Assembly (NCBI GenBank): GCA_027295705.1
Contig: JAPUKJ010000091.1
Span: forward strand, 1-62,565
Origin: Ignavibacteria bacterium
GTDB lineage: Bacteria > Bacteroidota > Ignavibacteria > UBA10030 > UBA6906
Direction of reading: 5' to 3'
DNA: 62,565 bases
Part shown: in pieces, positions 1 to 8,950 of the stretch
Layout of the letters: each line of letters opens with the position of its first letter
Position numbering within the stretch: the stretch's first letter is position 1
Program-made: the position numbers and the translations under genes
Notes under the pieces: generated by a model
Told to the model about the DNA's origin: nothing
Databases searched by the model: none
What the model saw: the letters and a program-made list of their open reading frames with translations, nothing else

Positions 1-1
1 G

Positions 2-2164
2 CGTGATATTCAATGGGCGATGCTCCCAACATGCCGAGCACTTGGTAATGTTGATGAAGAGAAACGCATCCTCACCGAACTGCTTAATTCCTACACTGCA
101 ACAGCCGATATCGCTCATCAGGCACGAGTGTACTACGAGTCAGGTTTGTCCAACATTCATCGGGACGAGCACGAAAAGGCCATTGAGAACTTACTTCGTG
201 CCTTGACATTTGCTGATCAAGCTCGTGACTCCCTTCTTGCAGTTTCTATCGTTTTGAAGCTTGCCCTGGCATATAATGAATCGGGCAGATCCGATGAATC
301 ATTCCAGATGTACACCGAGGGACTCAGGAGGGCTGACATAACTGCGCGGGCTCGGCGTCTGCGTGAGGAAATGCTGATCCGGGTAGGAAACATCTATCTT
401 GGGCAAGGGCAGCCCGGCGAAGCACGACGATTTTACCAGGCCGCCTTGAGCTCTGCAATAAAGACGCAGAACCAGATCGCCGAAGGATACATGTTTATAC
501 ACCTTGGGCATTGTGAGATTGAAAACCGTGCCAAACGGGATGACGCAATCAAGAATTATCGATCAGCATTTGAGTTGTTCAAGGGTTTGGACTATCCAGC
601 AGGAGAAGCCTATGCGCTAATGAGCCTTGGGATTGCGGCCAAGCGATCTAACCACTGGAATGATGCGCTCAATTACTTTCGAGAAGCTCTGAAGCAGGAT
701 GAGCGGTCGTTTTGGCAACGGGACTGTGAAGATCTCTATGTAGAGTGTGAGCAAGCATTCTACAACATAAATCAAACTTCCGTATATAATGGAATCATTG
801 AATTGCTGTTACAACTCGGAAGGTACGATGAGGCTTTCTGGTATATGGAAAGGAAAAATAGCAGGAATTTGTTTCAGACTCTGGGAGCGTTTAAACTCCA
901 GACTCGCAGTGATGAACTAAATGCTGCACTAAAGAAACTCAAGCACCAACGAGATCTATACATTGGGGCTGAAAGACAACTTGCCCACTTATTCATCAAC
1001 TCCCCAAGCGCGGACTTCCTTATCGGCGAAGTCAAAGCAGGTCTCAGTCGATCTGGAAAGATGATTGAGGAAATTGGCAACGAAGTCATCCTGCTGAACA
1101 AGAATTATGAGTCGGCAGTCAAGATCGCTAATCTTGGTCTTGCTGAGGTTCAGAAACTGTTGCCGAGCGGTGCTGTTCTCGTGGAACACTTTGCGGCCAG
1201 GAGGTCATTGTACATGTTTGCCGTTACGAACACCAGCGCCTCAGTGAAAGTTGCTGCCATTGAGAAAGACCATGTGGAGAGTCTGATCAAAGAATACAAC
1301 GAGCTTCTGCAGCGTCGGACACGACCCCTGCCTGCCGACTCGCTGCGATTGATATCAATGGATCATCGACTAGCGGAGCTCAGTGTATCACTCTATGCGG
1401 CTTTCATCCGTCCTGTTGAGCGCAGCATTCGCGACGCGATGAAACTGATCGCAATTTCACAGAAAGAGATGTCATCATTGCCATTGCACACCCTTCGAAG
1501 GAGGTTCTCACGTTTCAACAATCCATACTTGATTGAACGCTATCCTGTGAGTTATCTCCCGTCAGCGAGTGCCTTGGCGCTCGACAGCGTCTCCATACCT
1601 GCGGGGCACGACATTGTTGCCCTTGGGCATCCTGGAACAACATCGTGGGATGTAGAGTATGAACTGCGCGACATCCGTGCATTCTTCAAGGATGCGCGAC
1701 TGCATTTCAATCGAGAGGCCACGCTGGGAACGCTGCAAAAGGAACGAGGGGAGGTACTTCATCTCGCAGCTGAGTTTCAATTCGATGAGCGCAGACCGGG
1801 TAACTCCTACGTTATGCTATCTGATGGGAAGTTCATCAACACAACAGAGGAAGTTCAATGGGGGAACTTGCTTTCTCTCCCTCCTTTTCCAACCGTTATC
1901 GTTTCAGAGCTACAGGATCAGCGTAGTAACATTCTGGCAGCAAAGCCGTTTATGTTTCTCATGAATGGTTCCTCGTCGGTTATACTCAATGCGTACCCGC
2001 CCTTGCGGAAGACCAAAAAGTTCTTTGGGGAAATTTTTTACACTTCCCTGCTTGCCGGACGCACTCCGCAAGCAGCGTTCCGGCAATCGCAACTGGATAT
2101 GATAAATAATCCAGAGTACTCGTCGCCTCATCATTGGGCGCCATTCTTTTTGTGGGGGAAATAA
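2..2164 (+). CDS. TPR-repeat / CHAT-domain protein, probably 5'-partial at window edge
   Basis: ORF 20..2164 has no in-frame stop back to nt 2. N-terminal half has TPR-like repeats (YYESGLSNIHRDEHEKAIENLLRAL; NIYLGQGQPGEARRFYQAAL; LGIAAKRSNHWNDALNYFREAL). C-terminal third follows the CHAT layout (YLPSASAL...VLHLAAEFQF...VIVSELQ...HHWAPFFLWGK). Confidence 0.75.
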   Translation, partial: RDIQWAMLPTCRALGNVDEEKRILTELLNSYTATADIAHQARVYYESGLSNIHRDEHEKAIENLLRALTFADQARDSLLAVSIVLKLALAYNESGRSDESFQMYTEGLRRADITARARRLREEMLIRVGNIYLGQGQPGEARRFYQAALSSAIKTQNQIAEGYMFIHLGHCEIENRAKRDDAIKNYRSAFELFKGLDYPAGEAYALMSLGIAAKRSNHWNDALNYFREALKQDERSFWQRDCEDLYVECEQAFYNINQTSVYNGIIELLLQLGRYDEAFWYMERKNSRNLFQTLGAFKLQTRSDELNAALKKLKHQRDLYIGAERQLAHLFINSPSADFLIGEVKAGLSRSGKMIEEIGNEVILLNKNYESAVKIANLGLAEVQKLLPSGAVLVEHFAARRSLYMFAVTNTSASVKVAAIEKDHVESLIKEYNELLQRRTRPLPADSLRLISMDHRLAELSVSLYAAFIRPVERSIRDAMKLIAISQKEMSSLPLHTLRRRFSRFNNPYLIERYPVSYLPSASALALDSVSIPAGHDIVALGHPGTTSWDVEYELRDIRAFFKDARLHFNREATLGTLQKERGEVLHLAAEFQFDERRPGNSYVMLSDGKFINTTEEVQWGNLLSLPPFPTVIVSELQDQRSNILAAKPFMFLMNGSSSVILNAYPPLRKTKKFFGEIFYTSLLAGRTPQAAFRQSQLDMINNPEYSSPHHWAPFFLWGK

Positions 2165-2167
2165 AAA

Positions 2168-2191
2168 GGAGAGAAACACATTCTCTCCTTT
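2168..2191. terminator. Hairpin terminator between convergent genes (possibly bidirectional)
   Basis: GGAGAGAA (2168-2175), loop ACACA, TTCTCTCC (2181-2188). A-run upstream and TTT downstream. Lies between the CHAT stop (2164) and the end of the minus-strand gene (2227). Confidence 0.55.
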
Positions 2192-2226
2192 CTGCTCCAT
2201 TTCTGCCATCTAAGGGTATCGGACTA

Positions 2227-3102
2227 TTAGCGACGCACCCTAACGCTTCCAATCCCAGAGTCGATGCGAATGTTCATTTTCCCTGATGCTCGGTTATAGT
2301 TATCGCTGATATATTCATTGTCGGCTGTCGGCTGAAAATCATTTGCGTAATCTAGTTTTGATATCCAGCTTTCTTCGTAGAAAAGCCGTGCTCCAACTTC
2401 CTGTGGGATGACGATGGTCAGGATGCCAAGACCAACTTCAATATCTACGTCCACTTCGCGCTCTAACTTCCCGCTGAAATCGAGGAGAGATGTTCCAACA
2501 CCGCCCGCGAACTGAAACCGCTTGAAGTCAGCATTCCCTAAGTTTCTTCCGGTAAACTTACAAACGCCTGCCTCGATGTTGATGTTATCGATAGTGCACT
2601 TGTTTTTTTCTTCGAATGAAAGATTGACTTCACTCGCACCCGTGGAGAGGGTAAAATCTTTCACCTGTAGGCCGGAAAGATCGAAGTCCCCCTTGCCCAC
2701 ACCGAGTTCAATATCAAATGATACCGGGATGGCATCGCTGAAGCGGAGATACCATTTTCCGCCGCTAAAATCGCTCACGTGGACCGATCCAGTTTTGTGC
2801 TCGTCATGTCCTTTACCCATACCAAGTTCCAGATAACCCACTCGATCTCTGATGGCATAGGAGACGTGCATCTTTGAGTTTCGCCGTCTAGCTGATTCAA
2901 CAACGAGGATCTTTTCAGGCTCTCCCTTTGAAATAACTATTGTTCCGAACGAGCAAGAAAGAACGACATTCAGCTCTCTTTCAGTTGTTCTCCCTATCTC
3001 CTTGTATCCCTCCGGACCGCTGAACTGTGCAATTGCCAATTGTCCCCACACAAGGGATAGTATGAGGATCGAGCCGTTCCGTGTTGTTCTAGAATGTCGC
3101 AT
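2227..3102 (-). CDS. Secreted beta-rich protein, DUF4097/LiaF-C-terminal ('toastrack')-like
   Basis: 291 aa with an N-terminal signal-like segment (GSILILSLVWGQLAIAQ). Repetitive G-x-G/beta-strand pattern (ELGMGKG, ELGVGKGDFDLSGL, IEAGVCKF, FAGGVGTSLLDF, IEVGLGILTIV, DSGIGSVRV) typical of toastrack folds. Directly downstream of an ECF sigma gene. Confidence 0.5.
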   Translation of the reverse strand: MRHSRTTRNGSILILSLVWGQLAIAQFSGPEGYKEIGRTTERELNVVLSCSFGTIVISKGEPEKILVVESARRRNSKMHVSYAIRDRVGYLELGMGKGHDEHKTGSVHVSDFSGGKWYLRFSDAIPVSFDIELGVGKGDFDLSGLQVKDFTLSTGASEVNLSFEEKNKCTIDNINIEAGVCKFTGRNLGNADFKRFQFAGGVGTSLLDFSGKLEREVDVDIEVGLGILTIVIPQEVGARLFYEESWISKLDYANDFQPTADNEYISDNYNRASGKMNIRIDSGIGSVRVRR

Positions 3103-3159
3103 TTGTGTCCTATTGGTTCACTAACTGGTACGCAATTGTCATTAGATAGTTACGGGCCG

Positions 3160-3810
3160 CTAGTAGTTTCGGATTTTGTCTTTCAGGGCCTTGTAAAGTA
3201 GCTCTCTGGCCCTGAAAATATGTGCTTTGACGGTACCCAAAGGGAGTTTGAGAATAGTTGCTATTTCCTCGTAGCTCCTCTCTTCTGTATGCCGCAGGCG
3301 GATCACCTTTTTGTATTTTTCTGGTAGTTTGGCAATGGCTGCGTTGAGTAGCTTTGTTCGCTGATTCCTGATCAAAACCTTGTCAGCCTGCAAGGAATCA
3401 TCCGGTAGTTCAAAGGCATAGTTGCTATTCTTCGATTCGATCGGTTTGTTGATTGAATACATTGGAAGCTTCCGCTTCCGGATGTAGTCGATGCAGTTGT
3501 TAGTTGCAATCTTGTACAGCCATGTCGAAAACGCGTACTCTTCATTGAAATTTCCTAGTGAGTTGAAAGCTTTGATGAATGCCTCTTGTGTCAGGTCTTC
3601 GACCTGCTCTCGATCCCGAATCATTCGGAAGATGAAACTATAAATTGCATCGTGGTATTTGCGCATCAATTTCTTGAAAGCCCTATCATCACCGCTCAGG
3701 GCTTCTTGAATGAGTCGGTAATCCTCTGTACGTGATTCAAGTTTGCGCTGTTCTTTAGGGTCGACAGGTGGTGGGATCGCAGCCTTATGTGGCCGTTGTT
3801 TTTTTGGCAT
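3160..3810 (-). CDS. ECF-type RNA polymerase sigma-70 factor (RpoE-like)
   Basis: Region 2 (DLTQEAFIKAFNSLGNFNEEYAFSTWLYKIATNNCIDYIRKRK) and region 4 HTH (SYEEIATILKLPLGTVKAHIFRARELL). About 35-aa basic N-terminal extension. Confidence 0.88.
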   Translation of the reverse strand: MPKKQRPHKAAIPPPVDPKEQRKLESRTEDYRLIQEALSGDDRAFKKLMRKYHDAIYSFIFRMIRDREQVEDLTQEAFIKAFNSLGNFNEEYAFSTWLYKIATNNCIDYIRKRKLPMYSINKPIESKNSNYAFELPDDSLQADKVLIRNQRTKLLNAAIAKLPEKYKKVIRLRHTEERSYEEIATILKLPLGTVKAHIFRARELLYKALKDKIRNY

Positions 3811-4018
3811 TGGGTGGGAATAGCACCTGGGTCATGGTAATACCTCTTATGAAGTGGAAAAAAACTACAGAAAACACGGGTAAGTATCAAGGGAAAAGTA
3901 AGTGCCTGGTGTTATCTGATATTCATTGTAGCAATGTGACAAGTTGATTCACGCGGCTAAAATCATTAAGTTGATTTGACATAAAAAGATATTATGAAGT
4001 TTGAATGATCCGAATGAC

Positions 4019-4660
4019 ATGTTCATAACCTTCGAGGGATTGGATTTCAGCGGTAAGACAACGCAAGCACAACTGCTTGTTGAGAAGTTAAGAGCACTTC
4101 AAGAAAGCGCGGGAGACAGGAATCACGTTGTGCATTTCATCCGTGAGCCTGGTGGAACCAAAATCTCGGAGCGCATTCGCGCAATTCTTCTTGACAAGGA
4201 ACACTTGGAGATAACTGATACTGCGGAGTTGCTGTTGTTCTCAGCCAGCAGATCACAACTGGTTAGTCAAGTCATCATTCCGGCATTACGCAAGGGAGAG
4301 ACTGTAGTCTGCGACCGATACTGCGATTCAACAACAGCATATCAGGGGTATGGACGTGGGCTAAATCTTGAGGCTGTCCGAAGTGTAAACCGCCTTGCGA
4401 CCGCAGGTACAGATCCGGATATTACGTTTGTGGTTGACATTTCAGTTGTCGAGATTGAGCATCGCAAGGCAAAAGCTGGTATAGCGTTTGACAGGATGGA
4501 GAGTGCTGGTAAGCAATTCTATGAGAGAGTTCGCAATGGTTACCTGGAGATTGCAAATAACGAGCCAGGGCGGCTTGTTGTGATTGATGGAGCGACTGCG
4601 ATACAGAACGTAGAGCATGAGGTCTGGCAATCTGTTGAACGGAAACTAGCTCTTTCATAG
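4019..4660 (+). CDS. tmk: Thymidylate kinase
   Basis: MFITFEGLDFSGKTTQ P-loop start typical of Tmk; DRY motif (CDRYCDSTTAYQG). ORF track starts at TTG 4001; ATG 4019 fits the family N-terminus better. Confidence 0.9.
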   Translation: MFITFEGLDFSGKTTQAQLLVEKLRALQESAGDRNHVVHFIREPGGTKISERIRAILLDKEHLEITDTAELLLFSASRSQLVSQVIIPALRKGETVVCDRYCDSTTAYQGYGRGLNLEAVRSVNRLATAGTDPDITFVVDISVVEIEHRKAKAGIAFDRMESAGKQFYERVRNGYLEIANNEPGRLVVIDGATAIQNVEHEVWQSVERKLALS

Positions 4661-4728
4661 GGTTCTTCTCATGAAGAAAATCCTTTGGGTATGATACATA
4701 AGTCACCAGATGGAGGTGCAGAAGTACG

Positions 4729-6396
4729 ATGAAGCGCATGGTAGATAGATTCACGATCCGTAGGGTTGTGTTAGTCTGCGTTGTTATAGCTCTAACTGTA
4801 GGCGTAAGTGGGTTCGTGATTCCGTCAGACAGCGATTACTTTTTCAAGATCAATAAAAGCATCAATGTCTTCGGCAGAGTCTACAAAGAAATAGCTGCAA
4901 ACTACGTCGACGAAGTAGATCCTGAGAGGTTTATGCAGGCTGGGATTGAGGGACTTTTGGGTACTCTCGATCCGTACACTGTCTACATTGACAAGGAAGA
5001 TAGCGATGAAGTAGATCTCCTGACGCATGGAAAATATGGTGGGATTGGAGTGACCATAGGCAAACGTGGCAAGTCGATACAGGTCCTTACAGTCATGGAT
5101 GGATACTCTGCACAACGACAGGGCGTTCTTCCCGGCGATAGAATTCTTCAAGTAGATGGGATCCCTGTGGGGAAAAGACTGGACAACGTTCGCACGCTGA
5201 CGAGGGGGGAACCTGGCACAGAGGTCAGAGTTCTCATTGAGCGGGAGGGGGAATTGTCGCCGATAGAGTTTGTCCTGATCCGCGAGGAGATCAAACTAAG
5301 AAACGTTACGTACTCAGACTATGTGGATGAGGAGATAGCTTACATTCGCCTGGAACGCTTCTCGCGAAGAACAGGGGAAGAAGTGCGACAGGCAATCAAA
5401 GCGCTGAAACTCAGAGGAGAGTTCAAGGGACTCGTGCTCGATCTTCGTGGCAATCCGGGTGGATTACTCGATGCCGCTGTTGATGTTGTTAGCAAGTTTG
5501 TTCCGAAGGGAAGTCTCATCGTCAGCACGAAAGGGCGCCGGTCCAACGCAGACAAGCGATACCTTTCTGTTGAAGAACCATTGGTGTCGGGTGTCCCTAT
5601 GATTGTTCTTACGGACCATAGCAGTGCAAGTGCAAGTGAGATTGTTGCGGGGTCGCTTCAGGATCTTGATCGGGCGCTGGTTGTGGGGACGCGCACGTTC
5701 GGCAAGGGACTTGTTCAGACTATATTGCCGCTTAACTACGGAGCACAACTGAAGATTACAACAGCGCGCTATTACATCCCGAGCGGTCGCAGCATCCAGG
5801 AAATTGATTACATGGACAAAGATGGTAATGGCGTGTTTACAATTGTACCTGATAGCCTGAAGCGTGAATTCAAAACAGCCAACGGTCGGACGGTCCATGA
5901 ATATGGAGGGATCACGCCTGACTCGACTGTCGAGGGGGAAGAGTTGGGGCCGATGGTTAAGGCACTGTATCGAAAATCACTTTTTTTCAAGTTTTCCAAC
6001 AAATTTACTGCAGGGGGTTACGATACTTCCTTTACGAAGGTGACGGGAGAGATTCTCGAGACGTTCAGGGAGTTTCTTGAGGAGGAAAACTTTGATTATC
6101 AGGAAGAATGTGATGAAACCGTGAAGGAACTGAAACAGATCGCCGAGAGATCCCATTATAGTGATCGTGTTTTGAAAGACCTTGATCTGTTGGCTTCTGC
6201 CTTAGCGAAGGAAAAAGATCGAGGGTTTGACCGGTACATCGATCGCATCCGCCAAGAATTAAATGTCGTACTAATGGAAAGAATTGCGGGAGAGAAGGGA
6301 AAGATAGAAGCGTCCCTAGAGGAAGATGTGCAACTCGAAGTAGCCATTGGTGTTCTGAAAGATTCAAAGGTGTACGAGAGAAAAATCAACCCCTAA
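4729..6396 (+). CDS. Carboxy-terminal processing (S41, tail-specific) peptidase with PDZ domain
   Basis: Signal/TM segment, PDZ-like region (GGIGVTIG...VLPGDRILQVDG), S41 motifs DLRGNPGGLL, DHSSASASEIVAG, GTRTFGKGLVQ. Confidence 0.88.
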   Translation: MKRMVDRFTIRRVVLVCVVIALTVGVSGFVIPSDSDYFFKINKSINVFGRVYKEIAANYVDEVDPERFMQAGIEGLLGTLDPYTVYIDKEDSDEVDLLTHGKYGGIGVTIGKRGKSIQVLTVMDGYSAQRQGVLPGDRILQVDGIPVGKRLDNVRTLTRGEPGTEVRVLIEREGELSPIEFVLIREEIKLRNVTYSDYVDEEIAYIRLERFSRRTGEEVRQAIKALKLRGEFKGLVLDLRGNPGGLLDAAVDVVSKFVPKGSLIVSTKGRRSNADKRYLSVEEPLVSGVPMIVLTDHSSASASEIVAGSLQDLDRALVVGTRTFGKGLVQTILPLNYGAQLKITTARYYIPSGRSIQEIDYMDKDGNGVFTIVPDSLKREFKTANGRTVHEYGGITPDSTVEGEELGPMVKALYRKSLFFKFSNKFTAGGYDTSFTKVTGEILETFREFLEEENFDYQEECDETVKELKQIAERSHYSDRVLKDLDLLASALAKEKDRGFDRYIDRIRQELNVVLMERIAGEKGKIEASLEEDVQLEVAIGVLKDSKVYERKINP

Positions 6397-7209
6397 ATGG
6401 ACGTTGTAGGCTTTCTGCTTCTTCTTCTCTGTGGTTGTCTGGCTGGCTTCCTTGCTGGATTCTTCGGTGTTGGAGGGGGGATTGTCATTGTTCCGGTTCT
6501 TCTGTATTACTTCCACAGTACAGGTGTCACTTCGCTTGTTGCTACACATCTTGCATTTGGGACTAGTCTTTCCATAGTAATATTCACCTCACTTAGTTCG
6601 GCCTACGAGTACTCAAGAAATAGTCATGTGGTTTGGCGTGCCGTACTTTTTATAGGTGCGGCGAGTGTGGTAGGAGCACTGCTCGGCGCGAACATTGCAG
6701 CGGGATTAGAAGGATCGGAGCTTCAGCGGATCTTTGCAGTTGTCGTTGCAATTGCAGCAGTGCGCCTGATTGTTGAAACTCGCAGGGCGAAAGGTGAACA
6801 AACGCTAAATCTAGCACCTGCTGGTTTACTATCGGGAGGATTGGTGGTTGGTTTGGTCTCTTCTCTTGCCGGAGTTGGTGGTGGGGTGTTGTCAGTTCCG
6901 ATGATGTACTACCTAATGAAGTTTCCTCTCAAGAGGGCGCTTGGGACGTCAAGTGCTACTATCGTTATTACAGCATTCGCGGCATCGGTTGGCTATGTTC
7001 TGCACGGTTGGAACGATCCAAGTCTCCAGCTTTACGAGGGATTCACCCTTGGCTATGTCAACATTCTACTCTCGATTCCAGTTGTTGTCGGTTCAATTCC
7101 CATGGCTAAGATCGGCGCTTCAGTTGCGCACAAAACACATGTCGACAAGCTGCGAAAATTCTTCGCTGTCTTTCTATTTGTGATTGCCACGAAGATGTTC
7201 TTCTCATAG
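6397..7209 (+). CDS. TauE/SafE-family anion (sulfite) exporter membrane protein
   Basis: 270 aa, about 8 TM. Duplicated G-rich helices (GFLAGFFGVGGGIVIVPVL; SSLAGVGGGVLSVPMM) typical of TauE/SafE (DUF81). Confidence 0.8.
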   Translation: MDVVGFLLLLLCGCLAGFLAGFFGVGGGIVIVPVLLYYFHSTGVTSLVATHLAFGTSLSIVIFTSLSSAYEYSRNSHVVWRAVLFIGAASVVGALLGANIAAGLEGSELQRIFAVVVAIAAVRLIVETRRAKGEQTLNLAPAGLLSGGLVVGLVSSLAGVGGGVLSVPMMYYLMKFPLKRALGTSSATIVITAFAASVGYVLHGWNDPSLQLYEGFTLGYVNILLSIPVVVGSIPMAKIGASVAHKTHVDKLRKFFAVFLFVIATKMFFS

Positions 7210-7260
7210 GATATTCCAAGCCAATATCCCTCACCTCTGTAGATTTGCGAACTCCACGTG

Positions 7261-7881
7261 CTATAACGCCAGCCTATTCTTGATCATTTCTACAATTGTT
7301 TCTAAGTCTTCACTCCGGTTGACGAAATCCACCGAGTCCGACACCACGGTCAATAGCGGTCCGCGCTTGTAGCTCTTAGTCCACGCTTCGTAATGGCGAT
7401 TAAGCTGCTCGAGGTATTCTCTTTTGATCGACTGCTCGAAGTCGCGTCCCCGTGAGGCAATCTGCTTGACGAGGGTCTCAACGTTCGCCTGAAGGTAAAT
7501 GAGCAAGTCGGGGGGATGGAGATACTCTATCATCACCTGATAAAGCGCAACGTAGTTCTGGTAATCGCGTTCTTCCATATTCCCGATCTCGTACAGATTA
7601 CGAGCGAAGATCTCCGCGTCTTCATAAATGACCCGATCGAGGGCAACGGAATCAACACCCTCGGTGATTGCTTTGTGGCTGCGAAAGCGGTTGGAGAGGA
7701 AGTACACCTGGAGGTTAAATGACCAACGGTTCATATTGGCGTAGAAATCATTCAGGTATGGATTGTCTTCTACGGACTCGAAAAAAGGTTTCCATCCAAA
7801 CCGTTGGCTGAGCAACTTTGTTAGAGATGATTTGCCGGATCCAATGTTTCCTGCCACGGCAACGAAAACTTTTCTGTTCAT
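7261..7881 (-). CDS. Deoxynucleoside kinase
   Basis: P-loop VAGNIGSGKSSL, then FESVEDNPYLNDFY...RWSF.LQVYFL and the DR.IYED motif typical of the dNK family. Confidence 0.85.
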   Translation of the reverse strand: MNRKVFVAVAGNIGSGKSSLTKLLSQRFGWKPFFESVEDNPYLNDFYANMNRWSFNLQVYFLSNRFRSHKAITEGVDSVALDRVIYEDAEIFARNLYEIGNMEERDYQNYVALYQVMIEYLHPPDLLIYLQANVETLVKQIASRGRDFEQSIKREYLEQLNRHYEAWTKSYKRGPLLTVVSDSVDFVNRSEDLETIVEMIKNRLAL

Positions 7882-8777
7882 TCTTGCCTCCCGTGGAGGA
7901 AGTGGAACAAGCGTTCAAGACCGTCTACGGCTCGGGGCCCCGGACGAGAGACAATATCAGAATTCACTCGGTGGATTTGGTTATTTCGAACTGCAGCGAG
8001 CATTTCCCATTCTGGGAATTGCGCTAGTAGCATCGTTTCATCTGCTAAGACGTCTGACATTACAATGAGAACTTCCGGATCTTCTGCAATCACTGTTTCT
8101 CTACTGTACATGGGGTATGTAGAGGAAGCCGAGCCAGCTAGGTTCATCGCTCCGGCAATGGAAAGTAATTCAGAGAGGAACGTCCCGCCGCCAACAACAA
8201 TAAGAGGCTGTAGGGAGACAATAAGAAGTGTCCTTTTCTTGGTTTTTGGAACGGCTCTTATCACCGATTTCTGCCGTGCTTGCATGGAGTGTACAAGTTG
8301 TGCAGCTTCTTCAGTTCTGTCCGTTAGTATCCCAAGGTCTTCGATTGACTTGTAGATTCCATGGAGAGTCCTTGGGTTGGTTACGAACACCGGTATCCCA
8401 AAGCTTAATAGCTTCTCGAAATCTTCACGCACGTTTCCTTCCATGCTTAAAATAATGAGGTCGGGTTGTAAACTCACGATGGTTTCGATGCTTGGATTGA
8501 TAATACCGCCAACATGAGCTTGTGCCGTGGCTTCTTTTGGGTAATTGCAGTAATCAGTCACTCCGACGACTTGGTTACCGGCAGCGATGGCGAAGAGAGT
8601 TTCAGTAATACTGGGCGCGAGGGAGACGATACGTTGTGCCGAGGATGGAAGAGAAACTGTTCTGTTGAGGTCGTCGAGGATTTCGATTTGAGGAAAGCCG
8701 ATCGGATGATGAGGTAGACACAAAAGAAGAGCCAGGACAAATGATGACTGGTAATGAAGCATGGGAGAAAAGATCAT
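7878..8777 (-). CDS. ABC-transporter periplasmic substrate-binding protein (BtuF/Fe-siderophore class)
   Basis: RIVSLAPSITETLFAIAAG, VVGVTDYCNYP, LQPDLIILS are hallmarks of Peripla_BP_2 binding proteins. Start uncertain (ATG 8777 or 8762; the track uses TTG 8852). Overlaps the dNK gene by 4 nt. Confidence 0.7.
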   Translation of the reverse strand: MIFSPMLHYQSSFVLALLLCLPHHPIGFPQIEILDDLNRTVSLPSSAQRIVSLAPSITETLFAIAAGNQVVGVTDYCNYPKEATAQAHVGGIINPSIETIVSLQPDLIILSMEGNVREDFEKLLSFGIPVFVTNPRTLHGIYKSIEDLGILTDRTEEAAQLVHSMQARQKSVIRAVPKTKKRTLLIVSLQPLIVVGGGTFLSELLSIAGAMNLAGSASSTYPMYSRETVIAEDPEVLIVMSDVLADETMLLAQFPEWEMLAAVRNNQIHRVNSDIVSRPGPRAVDGLERLFHFLHGRQE

Positions 8778-8950
8778 GAGTGCGTTGAAGGGCTTCAAGA
8801 ATATACTCTGCTGTAGACCAAGAAGCAAGATAGTAGGAGATGATCGAAGCAACGTGGATTGACTTTACTCTCTTTTTTGTGGAAATTTGCTGGCAAGTGG
8901 AATTCTTGAATGCTTGCTGCACATGTGATTCAGACATTCTGATATTATCC

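Noticed and set aside
8840-8950. N-terminal extension of murA in the ORF track
   Set aside because: The MurA family N-terminus (DKF.I.GG.KL.G.V.I.GAKN) begins at TTG 8951. The upstream 37 codons are Cys/Phe-rich and lie in the divergent promoter region.
8778-8950. Cobalamin riboswitch upstream of the BtuF-like binding-protein gene
   Set aside because: The leader is only ~170 nt and is shared with the murA promoter. No B12-box-like (…GCCACTG…) element is seen on the minus strand.
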